A DNA stretch of 64,000 nucleotides from Octopus sinensis (lineage: Eukaryota), in assembly GCF_006345805.1 (NCBI RefSeq), contig NC_043006.1:27156001-27220000 (forward strand), given 5' to 3'. The position numbers and the translations under genes are program-made. Positions 36,945-52,290 of this stretch are shown here, in pieces (position 1 is the stretch's first letter; each line of letters starts with the position of its first letter). The notes under the pieces are model-generated. The model saw only the letters and a list, made by a program, of their open reading frames with translations, searched no databases and had not been told where the DNA came from.

Positions 36945-37870
36945 CATCATCATCATTGTTTAACATTAATTTTCCATGCTGGCATAGGTTGGACAGTTTG
37001 ACAGAAGCTGGCCTGCCATAGAGCTTTCCAGACTCCAATTGCCTGTTTTGGCAAGATTTCTACATCTGGGTGCCCTTCCTAACACCAACCACTTTACAGA
37101 ATGTGCTGGGTGCTTTTTACATGCCACTAGCATGGGTGTGTTTTTGTCACACTAACATGAGTGCAATTTATGTGGCACTGGTACAAGTGCATTTTATGTG
37201 GCACCAGCACCTGCATGGGTTCGACGGTTTGACTGAAGCTGGTAAGCTGGATGGCTGCACTAGGTTCCAATCTGATTTGGCATGGTTTCTACAACTGCAT
37301 GCCCTTCTTAATGCCAAGCACTCCAAGAGTGTAATGGGTGCTTTTTACATGCTACCGGCAAGAGATCCAGTTATGTGACACCAGCATTGGCAACAACTAT
37401 GATTTCACTTGGCTTGACAGGTCTTCTTAAGCATAGCATATTGCCAAAGGTCTTGGTCACTTATCATTGCCTTCATGAGGCCCCATGTTTGAAGGGTGCT
37501 TTCTATGTGCCACTGGCACAGGTGCCAGTTATGTGAAACTGGCGTTAGCCACAACTATGATTTCACTTAACTTGACAGGTCTTCTCAAGCACATCATATC
37601 ACCAAAGGTCTTGGTCACTTGTCATTGCCTCCATGAGGTCCAACGTTCAAAGATCAGGCTTCACCACTTCATCATGTCTTCCTGGGTCTACCTCTTCCAC
37701 AGGTTCTCTCTACAGTTAGAGCTTGGCACTTCTTTACACAGCTGTCCTAATTCATGACCATACCAATGCAGTCATCACTCTTGCACACTGCATCTGATGC
37801 CTCTTATGCCCAACTTTTCTCTCAAGATGCTTACACTCTGTCATATATGCACACTGACATTGCACATCCA
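36945..37870 (-). mobile_element. SINE-type repeats joined to an RTE 3' fragment
   Basis: Two nested copies of the 11340-family tail. The minus strand near 37660-37700 gives GRPRKT-type RTE C-terminal sequence. Confidence 0.55.
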
Positions 37871-38322
37871 GTGAAGAATCCAGGCATTAAAATACTGATA
37901 TTAACTGTCAACAAGAAATAGTCACTGGACGCCTAGGTCATGATAAGATACAACTTTTAAGGGTGTAGTCAGTTATAATCAACTTCAGTATTTATTTAAA
38001 TGATAATGATGATGACTGTTACTTATCAACTTCAAAAGAATGAAACGCAAAGTTGATGCTAGATTTGAACTCAGAAAGGAGATAACCAAATATCACAAGG
38101 CATTCTGTCTAACACCCTTCCAAATCTACTATCCATCCACTATAAATATGAAAGTTTTGCTCCAGATGGTCATTATAAGAGGAACATGGAAGAGAAATTG
38201 CAACAAAGCAACTGACGTTAGTAGTTTAGTTATGTTAGGTGTTGCAGACCACAGAAAATCAGGAGTGATAATCAGTGATGTGCATATATTTCATGCAGAA
38301 CACATAAAATGTTTTTTTTTAC

Positions 38323-38449
38323 CAAATGCTGTATCTGGAACATGAAGATACATCCTGAGGGATTTATTATTGAGACAGAACTCATCTAGTTTCTGAAGGA
38401 CTTGTCGTTCATATGAAAGAGTGACAGGAACAGTGCTGAGTTTTGAACC
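38323..38449 (-). CDS. MtnK-like gene, exon 3
   Basis: ctcttcttag|GGT...TTT G|gtaaaa, phase 0-1. Encodes GSKLSTVPVTLSYERQVLQKLDEFCLNNKSLRMYLHVPDTAF, containing the alphaC-type Glu. Confidence 0.8.
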
Positions 38450-38845
38450 CTAAGAAGAGAGAAATATAATTGATTAAAATCATGGAGAGTTAGTTGGAGG
38501 TTTAAATCCATCTATGATAATTACATTGTAGCTTTCAGTAAGATAATCTATTTTATAAGTCACAGCTAAATGACTATTTTTTCCACCTTGAATACCAAAG
38601 GTAGAGTAATATGCAATATGCTTTCTTATTAAGACTGATTTGATATGATCCAATTTGATGAATAAGCATTTGAATTTAATTGGGTAACTTATTTTCAAAG
38701 CATAAGCAGTGTTGTATTTGCTACCAGTTGGGCAGGTTGGGGTGTATAAATTAGACAGTAAACTATAAATATATTATATTATAATGAGTGTATGGGGCAT
38801 ATACACATATACATACAAAATATATACACACATATACCTAAGTAT

Positions 38846-38878
<33 letters not shown>

Positions 38879-38889
38879 TATATATTCAA

Positions 38890-39265
38890 GCTAAAAAGCA
38901 CCATTCAAGCGTGATTGTTACCAGCATCACCTTACTGGCACATGTGCTGGTGGCACATGAAAAACAATATTTGAGTGAGGCTGTTGCCAGTGCTGCTGGA
39001 CTGGCTTCTGTGCAGGTGGCATGTAAAAAACACCATTTGAGCATGGCCATTGCCAGTACCGCCTGACTGGCCCTCGTGCTGGTGGCACGTGAAAGCACCC
39101 ACTACACTCTCAGAGTGGTTGGTATTAGGAAGAGCATCAAGCTATAGAAACTCTGCCAGATCAGATTGGAGCCTGGTGCAGCCATCTGGCTTGCCAGTCC
39201 TCAGTTAAATTGTCCAACCCATGCCAGCATGGAAAGTGGATGTTAAACAATGATGATGATGATGG
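38890..39265 (+). mobile_element. SINE-type repeat with (GAT)n tail
   Basis: Same organisation as 11340-11890. Confidence 0.7.
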
Positions 39266-39280
39266 TGATATATATATATA

Positions 39281-40020
39281 CAGGGTGTGGTGAATATATT
39301 GTCTAAATTGTGCAAAAATGAAAATCACTTGACATCTCATTTTAACAGATATATTTACCAAAATTACATAAAAATATCTTAAAACACTAAAGAGTAAATT
39401 TATTCAATAAAATTGCCATTGGTTTCAACCACACCCTCCAGTTGACTTTGTTTAAGTTGGTGAATGCTGCCTTCAGTTCATCTTTGGTGTTACAAGGAGT
39501 TTTGTTGGTCGCTCACTCAACTGCGCCCCAAACATAGTAATCAAGGGGGTTGCAATCCGGGAATTTAGGTGGCTAGATGTTAGGGATGATGTGGTCGTAG
39601 AAATTGTCTGACAGCTGTGACTGAGTTCTCCTGCTTGTATGGCATCGTATAGAGTCCTGTTACCAGACATAGGGTCTTCCAGCAGCCACCCTCTTGACCC
39701 ACACCACCTACTCCAGGCACTTGATGTAGGTCTCTGTGTTGAGTGTGAGGTCATATGGGAAGATGAATGGAGGCATAATGTTGCCATTATTAGGGATCAC
39801 TCCAAACACCATGATGTTGACTGGATGTTTGATTTTTATCAATCTCGGTACATGTTTTGGAGACATGACAAGCCAACAGTTGTTCTGTGTTCACCATCTG
39901 TTTGTATTGGAGCTTTCAGCACAAATGTCAAGCAGTAGAGCATGTCATTTTCAAATTTCTAGCAGAATGAATTGTGTCATGGTGCTGTTTTTCTCACAGA
40001 CGGCGCCCAACCAACCCTAC
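39281..40020 (-). mobile_element. maT/DD37D-type mariner remnant
   Basis: TA|cagggtg terminus. Decayed HIIPPFIFP, GRPYVW.QDS..CHTS and PPKFPDCNPLDYYVWGAVER. Confidence 0.75.
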
Positions 40021-40439
40021 TATACTGTGTAGCCGACAAAATCAAAAACAAACATTCCACATGTGTGAAATTAAAGATATAAAATGGTGACAATCTGCCT
40101 ATCACAACTGGTATATAGATACACACACACACACACACACATATATAAATAAACATACACACACACATGCATATATGTGTATGAATACACACATAGGTGT
40201 GCACATACATATATATAGATATGCATATATATTCCTGTGCACACATATATACACACATCTACATATATACACATATATATACATTCATACATACATATGT
40301 ACATACCCACATATACACATACATACATATATTAATTAATCCCTTCTGGACATGCATTACTCCCTTCTTCACTCAAGAATTTTTCAATATACTATAATAT
40401 GATATATTATATTACAGATGCATAACTGAGTTGAAAGCA

Positions 40440-40650
40440 GATTTAATTCTGCTTTTATAGCACATAAAGAAAACGGTGTTGTAGGAGTGTTATGCAGCAC
40501 TACGGCAGTACTATGCATAGTATTCCCCAAAATACTTGATGAAGGCTGGAGGGTATATCAGCCAAAACGTGTCTACAACAAACAAGATGAGGACAAATAT
40601 CTGTCAACTGTAAATAATGTACATAATGCCTCATCTCTTAAAAATAGAAC
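40440..40650 (+). mobile_element. Penelope-type terminal repeat fragment with a decayed hammerhead core
   Basis: TTGATGA-A-GGCTG[gagggtatat]CAGCC-AAAAC (consensus CTGATGA...GAAAC). Confidence 0.5.
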
Positions 40651-41031
40651 TGGAATATTCTTTTATTTCCTTCATCGAAAGATCTTGCATGGAGGACTAC
40701 CACTGCAGCTAACTCTTGCTATGCTAAACTAAAATCCATCCAATGAGTAGTGGGCATCAACCTTAAATGAAAACTGGAGTCATGAGCATCATTTCTAAGT
40801 ATGATCCTCACTCAGCTATATTATACAATTTTAATTATTTTGTGTAGTTGAGTGCTTAACCACAACCAGTCATGTGTGTAAAAGGTAATACTGGAATATG
40901 GGTTGATTCTTCCAGGAGGCAACCGCTTTTAGTCTCATAACTAAAATACAAATTAAGCTTCATTTAAAACAAAGTGATTAAAAATTACTGTTCAAAAACA
41001 AACTGCAACAAAGCAATTAAAAAATAATTAC

Positions 41032-41175
41032 CATTGGAATTGACTTGATGTGTTTAACAATGATACTTGGATGTTTGTCAACAGATGCTTTGTTGTAAAG
41101 TTCATACAATGAACTAAACTGTCCATCATTTACCAAATTCAAAACAATGTCTGTCCCTTTGGCTCCTTTGAAATC
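41032..41175 (-). CDS. MtnK-like gene, exon 2 (Gly loop and invariant Lys)
   Basis: tttcag|GAT...ATG|gtaatt, 144 nt, phase 0-0. Encodes DFKGAKGTDIVLNLVNDGQFSSLYELYNKASVDKHPSIIVKHIKSIPM, cf. MtnK IGDGNLNLVF...IVKQA. Confidence 0.8.
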
Positions 41176-41844
41176 CTGAAATCATAAAAGTATTAAAACA
41201 GTGACTGTTTTTGAGCATGTTTGTATGTGTGTGCATATGTTCCTTATGCATTCAAAAATTGAGTTGCCAATTTTCATGTATGGGGTATCAAATGATTCAG
41301 TAATCTTTTGGCTACCAAATGAATTTTATTTTCATTTACATATTTTCTATATTATCTCAACAACAAGCCATAGTTATTTGAAAGACACTTCCAATTTGAA
41401 CCAAATTTACAAAGTGTTGCATTACAAGAGTGATGATGTGTGAATAATGAAAGTAATGTTTCTCTGAATTAGTCACATCTGTCCTATAATAAAGAAAGCT
41501 GCTTATCATCTGTCTATCTATATATATAAAATTATAATTAAGGGTATCTAAAAGATAGCACCATGCTAGATATGAGGCAAAGCATTTCTTATGCAAAGCC
41601 AGAAACCCAGGGTCTGGAATTATCCAATAATCTTTTGCTAGTTTATTTTGTCTCTTTGTCTTCTCTCCTGGTGCTGTATGAACATTTAATGTGGTTTTAG
41701 AGTCAAGTTTTGGCTGCTATATCGAGCATGGTGGTATCTTTTAGATACCATTAATTATAATTTTAATAATAATTATTACCTATGAGGTTTTTATTCCCAT
41801 GCTAGCCACTTGATATGATTGGTATTTTAAATAACGATCTTATC

Positions 41845-41862
41845 CATAGTTTATTTTGTAGC

Positions 41863-41948
<86 letters not shown>

Positions 41949-41969
41949 AAGGCTACAAAATAAACTATG
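41845..41969. repeat. Inverted repeat flanking a (TA)n tract
   Basis: catagtttattttgtagccttta-(TA)n-taaaggctacaaaataaactatg. Confidence 0.85.
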
Positions 41970-43109
41970 TTTTGGGGTTAAACACTTCTTTTCACTAAAA
42001 TAACCTCGGAAACAAGGTCAGTTCGCACAATTTTGAGGTCATTTTCTGGCAATATTTTGATTTGCTCCTAATGTTTCACTTCCATCCAATGTTTCATGCA
42101 TATGTAGAATTCTACTCAGACAAACATTTATGAAAATCTACACTTAAATATTGTATCAAAATAAGCCACAGCCAGAAAAATTTCATTATAAGACATCCAT
42201 TTCTCTATATGTTATGAGGAAATATAGTCACTCACTTGCCCTCCCTCTCAAATGCACACACACACATACATACAAAAAAGATGTATGCATATATATTTAT
42301 GTACATGTATATGAAAGATTATGTATATGTGTGTGAGAGAGAAAGAGTGAGTGCCACTTACACATACATGCAAAAAATACATACTTGACAACACTCACTC
42401 ACTCTCTCTCTCTCTCTCTCTCTCTCTCACGCACATGCACACACACATACATGTCCATTTCATATACACATACATACATCTTTCACTTTCCTCTCTCACT
42501 TCAAAGCAAACGTCACCTTTTCACTTTCTCCTCTCTTTCAATTTCTGCTCTCTTCAAAGCATAAAGAAATTTTTAAATTTTTACAGAAATTAATGAACAA
42601 TCATTTGATCCTATATGAATGACCATATGATCAAGTTGACAACTTTCCTGCTTCAAACAAAAGAATGCCATGAAATAACTTCCTTTCGCACACACACGCA
42701 CATACGTGCACACACACACATGCTCTAGGTAAAACTTCTGTATGAATTATGTTATTTGCTGTGTACACATGCAAAATTACAGCTCAAATCCAATTGAAAC
42801 CACATTTTTCTATTCTGTAATTTGTATTTGTGATGAGCATGTTTAAAAGCCTGATCTTCAATATAAACTTAAAAGGAAAATTTCCCAGAAATCCTGTCCT
42901 TTACCTGTTGTTTCTAGCATGTTCAAGGTGATATTTGCGCCCGCCCTCGCCCATTTTTTCCCTAAATTTATTCCAATTCCTATGATTTCAATACAAGAAA
43001 TTAGGATTTTGCCCAAAAAACACATTCTCAATATTTTAATTTTCTCTGTCCTCACCCCAATTTCTTCATTTTTTAAACTTTTTCCCAAATTTATTTCTTG
43101 GTAATCCAC

Positions 43110-43540
43110 AGAGAAAAAAACAGAGAGTACAAATCTTTAGGAATTTTCTTTTTCCTTTTTTCTTAAAGAAACACTAAAATCTCCTTCCCAAACATCCACC
43201 CATCACCTTACCACTTTCAAAAAGCTACAAACTTTTCACTTTTAGCTTTTTGGAAAGCAGGGACGTTTCCTCAGAAATAATGTCATTTACCTGTTGTTTC
43301 TAGCATGTCGAGTTTTCTACTGGTGGTCTGGTATTTTTTACGTCTGCTATTTCAGTACAATTCTATGCCTGTGTGAAACATCAGACAAAAGTGAAACATT
43401 GAGAGATTCTAGCTTTTTGAAAGCGGATAGGTGATGGGTGGGCAAGGTGGGGGAAGGGACATTGACTGTTTCTTTAAGAAAAATTAAACTTTAAAAATAT
43501 ATATATATTTTTTCCAGATTCGTAATCTCTGTATTTTTCT
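43110..43540. repeat. Imperfect foldback (MITE-like)
   Basis: cccatcacctt..accactttcaaaaagcta pairs with tagctttttgaaagcggataggtgatggg. cttaaagaaac pairs with gtttctttaag. Confidence 0.5.
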
Positions 43541-43900
43541 ACATTGATAAAACAAAAAAAAAATTGCAAGAAAGTTACAATTTAAGAATTTATGGTGGGG
43601 ATGGGGTGAAATTAAAGTTTTGAAAATATGATTCCTGGGCAGAATCATATTAACACCCTTTTATACAATGAAACAATACATAGTTTGTGATCCTTCATAA
43701 GAATAGAAAGCACTTTAATGCAAACCAATGCAAATTGTACCCTCTCCCTTCCTTCACTATTAAACAAACAATAACTTCCATTACACTAATAATCCAGTCC
43801 ACTATATGAGCTGTGCTGATTCTGCCCATAAAAAAGGAACAAATAATACAATGTGGCTGTAGATCACAACACCCTGGCAACGCCAGTATGTAATGCTAAT

Positions 43901-43952
<52 letters not shown>

Positions 43953-44112
43953 ACACACATAAGCACATTTAAAGGTTAAAAACCTCATTTAGGGGTAGCA
44001 AAATCCTATGAAAGTATTGGTTAATTACCTATACAAAGAGTATTGAACATTTTATTTAATACTCCACTGCAAGGTAACTATATAAACCATAGTTTATATA
44101 TATTTTATTCAT

Positions 44113-44508
44113 TATAATAAGATGGGAGAATAGAAAGGTAATTAATAAATCATTATTTATTAATTAAAAATATTGACAAACATCCCCTTCAACTGTTTCA
44201 ATTCAGGCTCTCAGAAATTTCATTAATTAAATTAAGGTATACAAAGTAGGTGTTCAGTTCCCTTATATTGAGTAAACGGCTGCAAATCGTTAATGGTTTG
44301 CAGCTGTTTACTCAGTGTAAGGGAATTGAACAGCTACTTTGTATACCTTTATCTACTTCTGAAGAGGTTCAACTTTCAAATGATTTTTAATTTAACTAAT
44401 TAAATTTATGAGAGCCTGAATTGAAACAGCTGTAAGGGATGTTTGTCAATTTTTTAATTAATAAATAATAATTTATTAATTACCTTTCTATTCCCTCATC
44501 TTATTATA
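44113..44508. repeat. ~400-bp foldback (MITE-like)
   Basis: Arms pair from tataataagatg/catcttattata inward to gtaaacggctgcaaa/tttgcagctgtttac. There is a ~40-bp insertion in the right arm. Confidence 0.85.
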
Positions 44509-44580
44509 TATATATATATATATATACATATGTATTTGTATGTATGTATGTATGTATGTATGTATATATATATATATATC

Positions 44581-44886
<306 letters not shown>

Positions 44887-45419
44887 CTGTTTCAACACAC
44901 GACTTCACATAAAAAATCTTCCACAACAAATATTTAAACGTATATATATATATATATATATACTCATATCATCATCATTATGTCTCCTCGCCATGCCAAC
45001 ATAGGTTGAACCTATTGTTGCTGCACTCCTAGATTGGGTAGAAGACCATATCTTAGAAATCAACCAATTGTGACTTGGTTTCTAAGGTTAGATGCCCTTC
45101 CAGACACGTATCACTTTTCAGAGTGTACTGGGTGCACTTTTTCAGAGCAGCAGTATTAAAGAATAAAAGTGAAAGTGAATGATTGATATTAATATCAAAC
45201 AGAGCCTAGAGGGGAAAATAGAATAATATTTATTTCTCACCAGATTGAGTACTTTTTTTGTTGAATTTTCTATTATGGATCAGTGCACTGTATATCTCCT
45301 GACATTGGCTTTTCACTGCAAATTCATAACTGCCATATAACTGGAGTGATTGCTTTGTTAAGCTGAGTGACTCTAAAGATTCAGCCAAGTTACACACTAT
45401 TATGGATTTATACCACATG

Positions 45420-46380
45420 GATTACTCTACTAAGAATACACCTACACCACCAAATAAACTATATCTCAGGATGCTACTTGAGAAAGTTGAAGATCTCGTG
45501 AAATGGATGATATGGAAAGCTTTATATTTTTTATTCCAGATTATCTCCCTCATATAGATATATAAATTCTCTCCTATTGTTAAAGATCTAGTCCCCTTTG
45601 AGTCTGACCTCTTTAATTTAGTTACCAATTTTGTAAATACCATATCTCCTTTCAAATTAAAATGAAATCTGATATTAAAAACTTTAGAAGTTCTAAAAAG
45701 GTCATATTTTCAGATAAGACTAACAACCTATATGAAGTTACTTATGATAAGTTGCTAAAAGACATCATTTCCTCTAAATATAAGAAAGCTAATGTAGAGA
45801 GATACTAGGATATCAATGATAAAATTAAATTCCTCACTAAACGTAGTAATATTGATGATAGATTAGAATGTTTAGCTAAGAGAGAGGCATTTATTACTTT
45901 AAAAGACCATAAGCCCAATTTTCATGATAATCCTACTTGTAGATTGTTAAACTCAGTGAGATCTGAAACTGAGCTAGTAGCTAAAAAAATACTTAGAAAT
46001 ATTAATATTAGAATTAGGGAAATTACTGGGCTTCAACAATGGAATAGTAGTTTTACTGTAATAGATTGGTTTAAGAATATCAAGAATAAGAATAAGGCTA
46101 AATTTACCCAGGTTGATATTATAGACTTTTATCTCTCTAAATCTAGATCATTGCTTGATAAAGCTATTGAATTTGCAAAATCATATGTTGATATTGACCC
46201 TATGGACCTAGATTTTATCAGGCAGGTGAAGAAAACACTATTGTTCAGTAAAAGATTAGCATGGGTAAAAAAGTTGCATAGTGATGAACTATGTGATGTA
46301 TCTATGGGGCCATATGATAGTGCCAATGTCTGTGATCTTGTGGGTTCATTTATATTAAACACATTGAGATATAAATGTCT
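45420..46380 (+). mobile_element. Penelope-like RT remnant (second copy)
   Basis: LKDHKPNF..NPTCRL, LQQWNSSFTVIDWF, TQVDIIDFY and DVSMGPYDSANVCDLVG. Confidence 0.75.
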
Positions 46381-49300
46381 TTGCGCATGTGTGTAAGGAA
46401 TTTCATTAGGACAACAGAGTTAAAAACCCTCACAAAGTATCAGCAGCAAACTCAAGAGACACCCAAACACAAAATGCGGAACCATCGTTGACACTGGTTT
46501 ATACTTGTTGTCTGATCCCCATATACTGCATTAATATTCCTTGCACTTTCCATTGCATTGTTGCCTTTATTGAACTCATAAAGCAAAATATGCTGAATAT
46601 GCTTCTTTACTATTTCCATTATAGCTTTGCAAAATAAGTGTTAAAATTGAACTGCACTCTTCAAAATTTGCACTAAGAATAAGGATAAGATAAAATTACT
46701 ATCTACTTTTATAGCAAGTTGATGCAGGTAGTTTATTCCATCCCCACTCCGACTTTTAGTTTACGCAAGTGAAAAATCTGTATTATTTATGGGATGACCC
46801 AATACATTTTACCCCCATTGCAGATTAAACACACACACCCTGATAAAAATCACAAGTGTAACTCTTCAAATAATTGAAAATAGTTACTACCTGAATTTTT
46901 TTTTTCAAAGTCAACAATATCATGTCATTTCTCATGCTAGAGGTAATAGTATTTGTTTACATTGTATCTCCTTGACAAACTAGTTGTTCCACACCAATTT
47001 CTTTGCATGCCTCCAGTCTTGTTTGCACACTTTATTAAAGTAAACATTCTGAAGATTGTAGATGACTGAGTATCTTGGGACTGTACTGACAAGTTGATGT
47101 GGTCAGCAATTCGTGTCTTCTTACCAGCACAGTAAAGAATGCTTGATATTTTACGGGAGGAATTGTTCATTATTTGAAAAAGCAGCAACATAAAGGTTGA
47201 CCAATGACCTATTGGCTGGTGTTACTTTGTAAATTTAACTCCTTTGTTGGGGCAAGAAAATATTTCAGCCTGTTGCTGACATTTCACATAGCCCCAGTGA
47301 ATTCAACAGTGGACTGACTACTCCACACACACACAAAATTCATAAACTGTATCCTGACTAACTGACTCAGTATTGACTTCTAACTGACTCAGTATTGACT
47401 TCTAGCCAGCACATGTGATTTCTTCTTATTCAGTAATAGTATAATGGCCTCTGGTTCTTGGAGCTAACTGATTGTGTACCACCTCCTCCCAAACCCATCA
47501 ATATACTCATCTCTCATTCATACTATATTTTCCCCTCCCAGGCTCACATTTAGCACTTTATCTTTTTCTTCCCTAGAATGTCAATCTTCCTGAATTCCTT
47601 ATTTACTTAGAGTATTCCTGTAGTCAGTCACTGCGCAAACTGAATAACAACTGCATATCAATTGCACAAGTCTTGGAGGACCTGATGTCATACATGTATT
47701 GCTTCCTCCTGGTTAAACCAAAGGAACTAATAATAAAACTGGTGACCCTTCTGTGAGGTGGAGATGGGGTGATATGTTTTCATCCTCTGAAATCTATGGA
47801 AAGCAAGGATAAGAATTTACTCAAAGGTAAAAGTGGATTCCTGAATATAAAGCTTAAACCAAAGAAGTTTTAAAAGACAGTAATTAAAGCAAATTTTGGA
47901 ATATGTATTACAGATTCATCATAATTTTAACATTCATTCTTCATTGCCAGTATAAAGGCACCAATGTTAAAACAACAATAATTTACACTAATGACAACAA
48001 CTATTTGGTGCTGCGTTCTCATTAAAGAATGGTAGAAAGTGAATATAATGATTTCCAATACCAATATTTCCAATGAGGAGTTGAAACTTTCCAAGCAGGA
48101 GATGGGAGGTTTTTGGTATAATTGAAGAATGATTTATTTTGCTTTTTATTTTCCATAAATCAGTCTTATGTAGCAAAGAAAAGAAATTATAGCAATAAAA
48201 ATCTTCAAGTAGTTACTAGACCTGTTAAAAATAGTAGTCATGTCTCCCTCAACTCCCACCCTCCCATTTTGAAAAGGAAAGGAGATATTGGATAGTATGG
48301 TTCTTCAGATACAGTATCTGGAAAAATGAGATAAAGATAGTGATAATGATATATCTGCTGGGTCAAAGATTACTTGGAAAACAATAACAACAGCGCTAAT
48401 CAAGAAATATCAATACTGCTTTATCTATGCAATATCATGTGGTTGGTATTGCATAGATAAAGAAATGCAAATATTAGAATAAGTTGTAATTTTTGAAGCA
48501 TAAATGATACAGCACAGCTACACTTGAACCAACGAAGGAGTCTTGATTTGTAACATTTAGCAGCCAGATCTCATTTAAATCAGACTCTGCCATCTTAAAA
48601 AATGCTAAGAGTATAATAAGTAATGTTGCCCTAAAAAAAGATTTTTCCTAAATACAAAAGATGGGAAAGCCTATGATTATATCTACTGTTGATTAAGGGT
48701 GACTTAGAGTTAAACAATGCTAATAGTTTCTAATTTAGACACAAGGCTGGCAATTTTGAGGGGAAGGATTTAGTTTATACCATTGACTCCAGTACTTTAT
48801 TCTATCAACCTTAGAGGGATGAAAAGAAAAGCTGACCCCAGTGGGAATTGAACTCATAACACAAAGACCTTGAACAAATACCAGAGGCCATTCTTTTCAT
48901 AATCTTACAATTCTGCCAGTTAGCCACCTTAAAACTATCAATAACACTACTACAATATGGTCATATTTACTCTTGTCACCCAATGTGATTATTGACAAAC
49001 TTTTAACAAACTGTCTATAAAGATCAAAAAAAATAGAAACAAAACTGAAGAACATATTTCCAAGTTAGCCTTCATTTCTATACAACTATTTCTACTGTAT
49101 CAGCTTCATAAACCAAAAGTACACAAGCCTTCAGTTGTAACAAATACATGATCTTTACATAGTTTAACAGGGTATGCAAACAACATTGAGGTAGGGGTTA
49201 GATAGATAACAGGAATAACTAGTTTATCTAGAAGCCAAACTACAAACATCTTACACAAAAGTATTGAAATATCAACTGGTGGTATATTAAGTCAAATTTA

Positions 49301-50569
49301 TAATACTCAAGAATGAATCATCAGAACAAAGAAGAGACAAAAAAATCTGATGTATTTTCATTGTTTTAAGGTGTGTGACTAGAGAAGAAAAAACTCACAA
49401 CATAACATGAAAATAGTAATGCATATTTCAGACTAAGAAGAAAGAAATCCCTTTGTATTAGAAGCTGAAGTTTTTCTTACCTTTTGTTCAATCTAGTTCC
49501 TATAAAACAGAATCCCAAATATTTAGCATATCCTACAAAATGTCATATTTTATTTACATAAACTCTATTGTAACCATACAAAAATCCTTTCAGTAATCTT
49601 TCTAATACAAGACCACCTATACTAAAGGGTTTATACTTAGATCAAAACCTTATTGTAATATGATATCAGATGTTGTATGATACAACAATATACAAAGCTA
49701 TAGATGTTTTACTAAACTCCTCTAAAATTATTTTGAAAACCAATTGAAACATTTTGGCAGTGAAGCCATTAGAAGTATAGTCATGAAAGGGTTAATTGAC
49801 AATAGAAATAAGATGAAGTCAAAAACTATTTAATGAGATTGCAGACATATAGGCAACAGATTACAAGTAAATTCAAAATACTACTTGTAGCACTAGGAGG
49901 CTATGTTTCCCTGTACTGGACCTTTTGATAATATCCTTTAAGTTGTCTACAAACAAATCAGGTAAAATGTTGTTTTCCTAGTATTAAATGGGTGTTCTGA
50001 ATACATACAACTGAAATGTTTGACATTTTTCACTGTTTTCTTCACATTCTAACACAAACACACACCCTGTTTTTACCTTTTGCAGGAAGACAAACTGCAA
50101 TTAAAGAAAGGTTGGAATCAAAACTGTGGCATAATCTAGAAATAGTAGTTGAATCTCTCACAAACCACACTCTACTGTTTACAAAAGAAGGTTACACTGA
50201 ATAATGTAATCTAAATTGCACTCACTATCTGAAAAGATAAGATGAAATGATCATTGCTGGTCATGAGTCAAATATCTATGATCACAGCATTACAAAAACA
50301 GGGGTAAATAAATAAAATTTCAACAACAATATTAAGGGACAAATACATTTGGAAACATGTTCAATTTTCACAGTAGTAACACCATTGATATTATAAGTCA
50401 CTAAACTTTCACCAATTATATAAAAAATTATAAAAATATATAAAAAAATATTAAAAAATATAAAAAAAAAATATTTAAAAATATATAATGGAAATATATA
50501 TAAAATAAATAAAAAATATATATAGAAAACGACACCCTTAATCCAGATGCCATATATACGTGTGTGTGT

Positions 50570-50619
<50 letters not shown>

Positions 50620-50989
50620 TATATAACTACAATAAAGGATAATTTCTTGTAAGTGAATTTATGTTTTAATTTTCATCTGATTCATAGAATAAGACTGTGG
50701 GAGTTGATCATGTTCACCATTACTATATATCAAATAACCAATGCTATTAGCATTCCCTGTGAGAGAGTTGAGAATATTCTGCACAATGAACATGTAAATT
50801 TGAATTTAAAATGAGGGTGAAAAATTGAATATAAATTTGATTAGTATGAATTTAAAAACAGTGGTGTAGCATATAAGACCATAGCAGATCTTCTTCTAGC
50901 AGAATTGATGTCCAGTTACAGTTCATCCCTGTTATATAATAGTTTCACTTTAATTAATAGTTTCAGTATTAAAGTGAAAGTATCTGATA

Positions 50990-51230
50990 TTACAATAGAG
51001 AGATGTTTTTCTTTCACTTTTGACACGTAATACTGAAATAGTGGAGAAGAGATGATATTGCTGTGGGCTCGCCCTAGGCAAGAAGTTAAAAATTTCTTTG
51101 CTCATGACGCTACATGGACCCTAAGTAAGGCATGTGTAAAATTTGAATGAAATTGGTTGTGTAGTTCTGAAGTTTTAGGGATTCACACAGACAGACAGAC
51201 AAACACAAACACATTCTCAGTTTTATATAT
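50990..51230 (-). mobile_element. Helitron-like non-autonomous repeat
   Basis: Reverse copy related to 26550-26810. Confidence 0.45.
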
Positions 51231-51779
51231 ATATATATACATACATATATATATATATATATATGCATATATATCTGCATAGATATATATAAAGCAAATA
51301 AGAAAATGGAGAGGAGAATCAATCGACAAACATCAGCCTGTAAACATTCATTTGGATCTTTTTATTAATTAATATATATATAGATTACAATCATATGTAT
51401 AAGTAATCAAAATAAATAAACAAGTAAATAAATAAATAAATAAATAGAAATAAATGAATAAGAATAAATGCATGAAAAAAACTAAACTTTTAAAGCCGTT
51501 TTTACTTTGGGGGTGTCCAACTTTCCCACTTTTCCATATAGTACCATTAATATATAGGGATTGTACAAAGATTGAAGAAACATTGGACAGGGGTTGGACA
51601 ATAATTGAGCCCCAAAGCTTCATCAGAGAGACCGTAATGTTAGGAATCTATCATGTTAGGAAGATAAAATAATACAATAAAATTAATAAAATAAATATAG
51701 TAAGGAGTGGTAAAAACGTCAATTATATACCTAGTAGTATATTGGATATCTATTATCCCTTAGATGGCTGTTTAACCTC

Positions 51780-52290
<511 letters not shown>

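Noticed and set aside
50060-50200. Strong plus-strand acceptor with an open frame (GRQTAIKERLES...)
   Set aside because: No partner exons or homology, and it appears to run into repeat-derived sequence.
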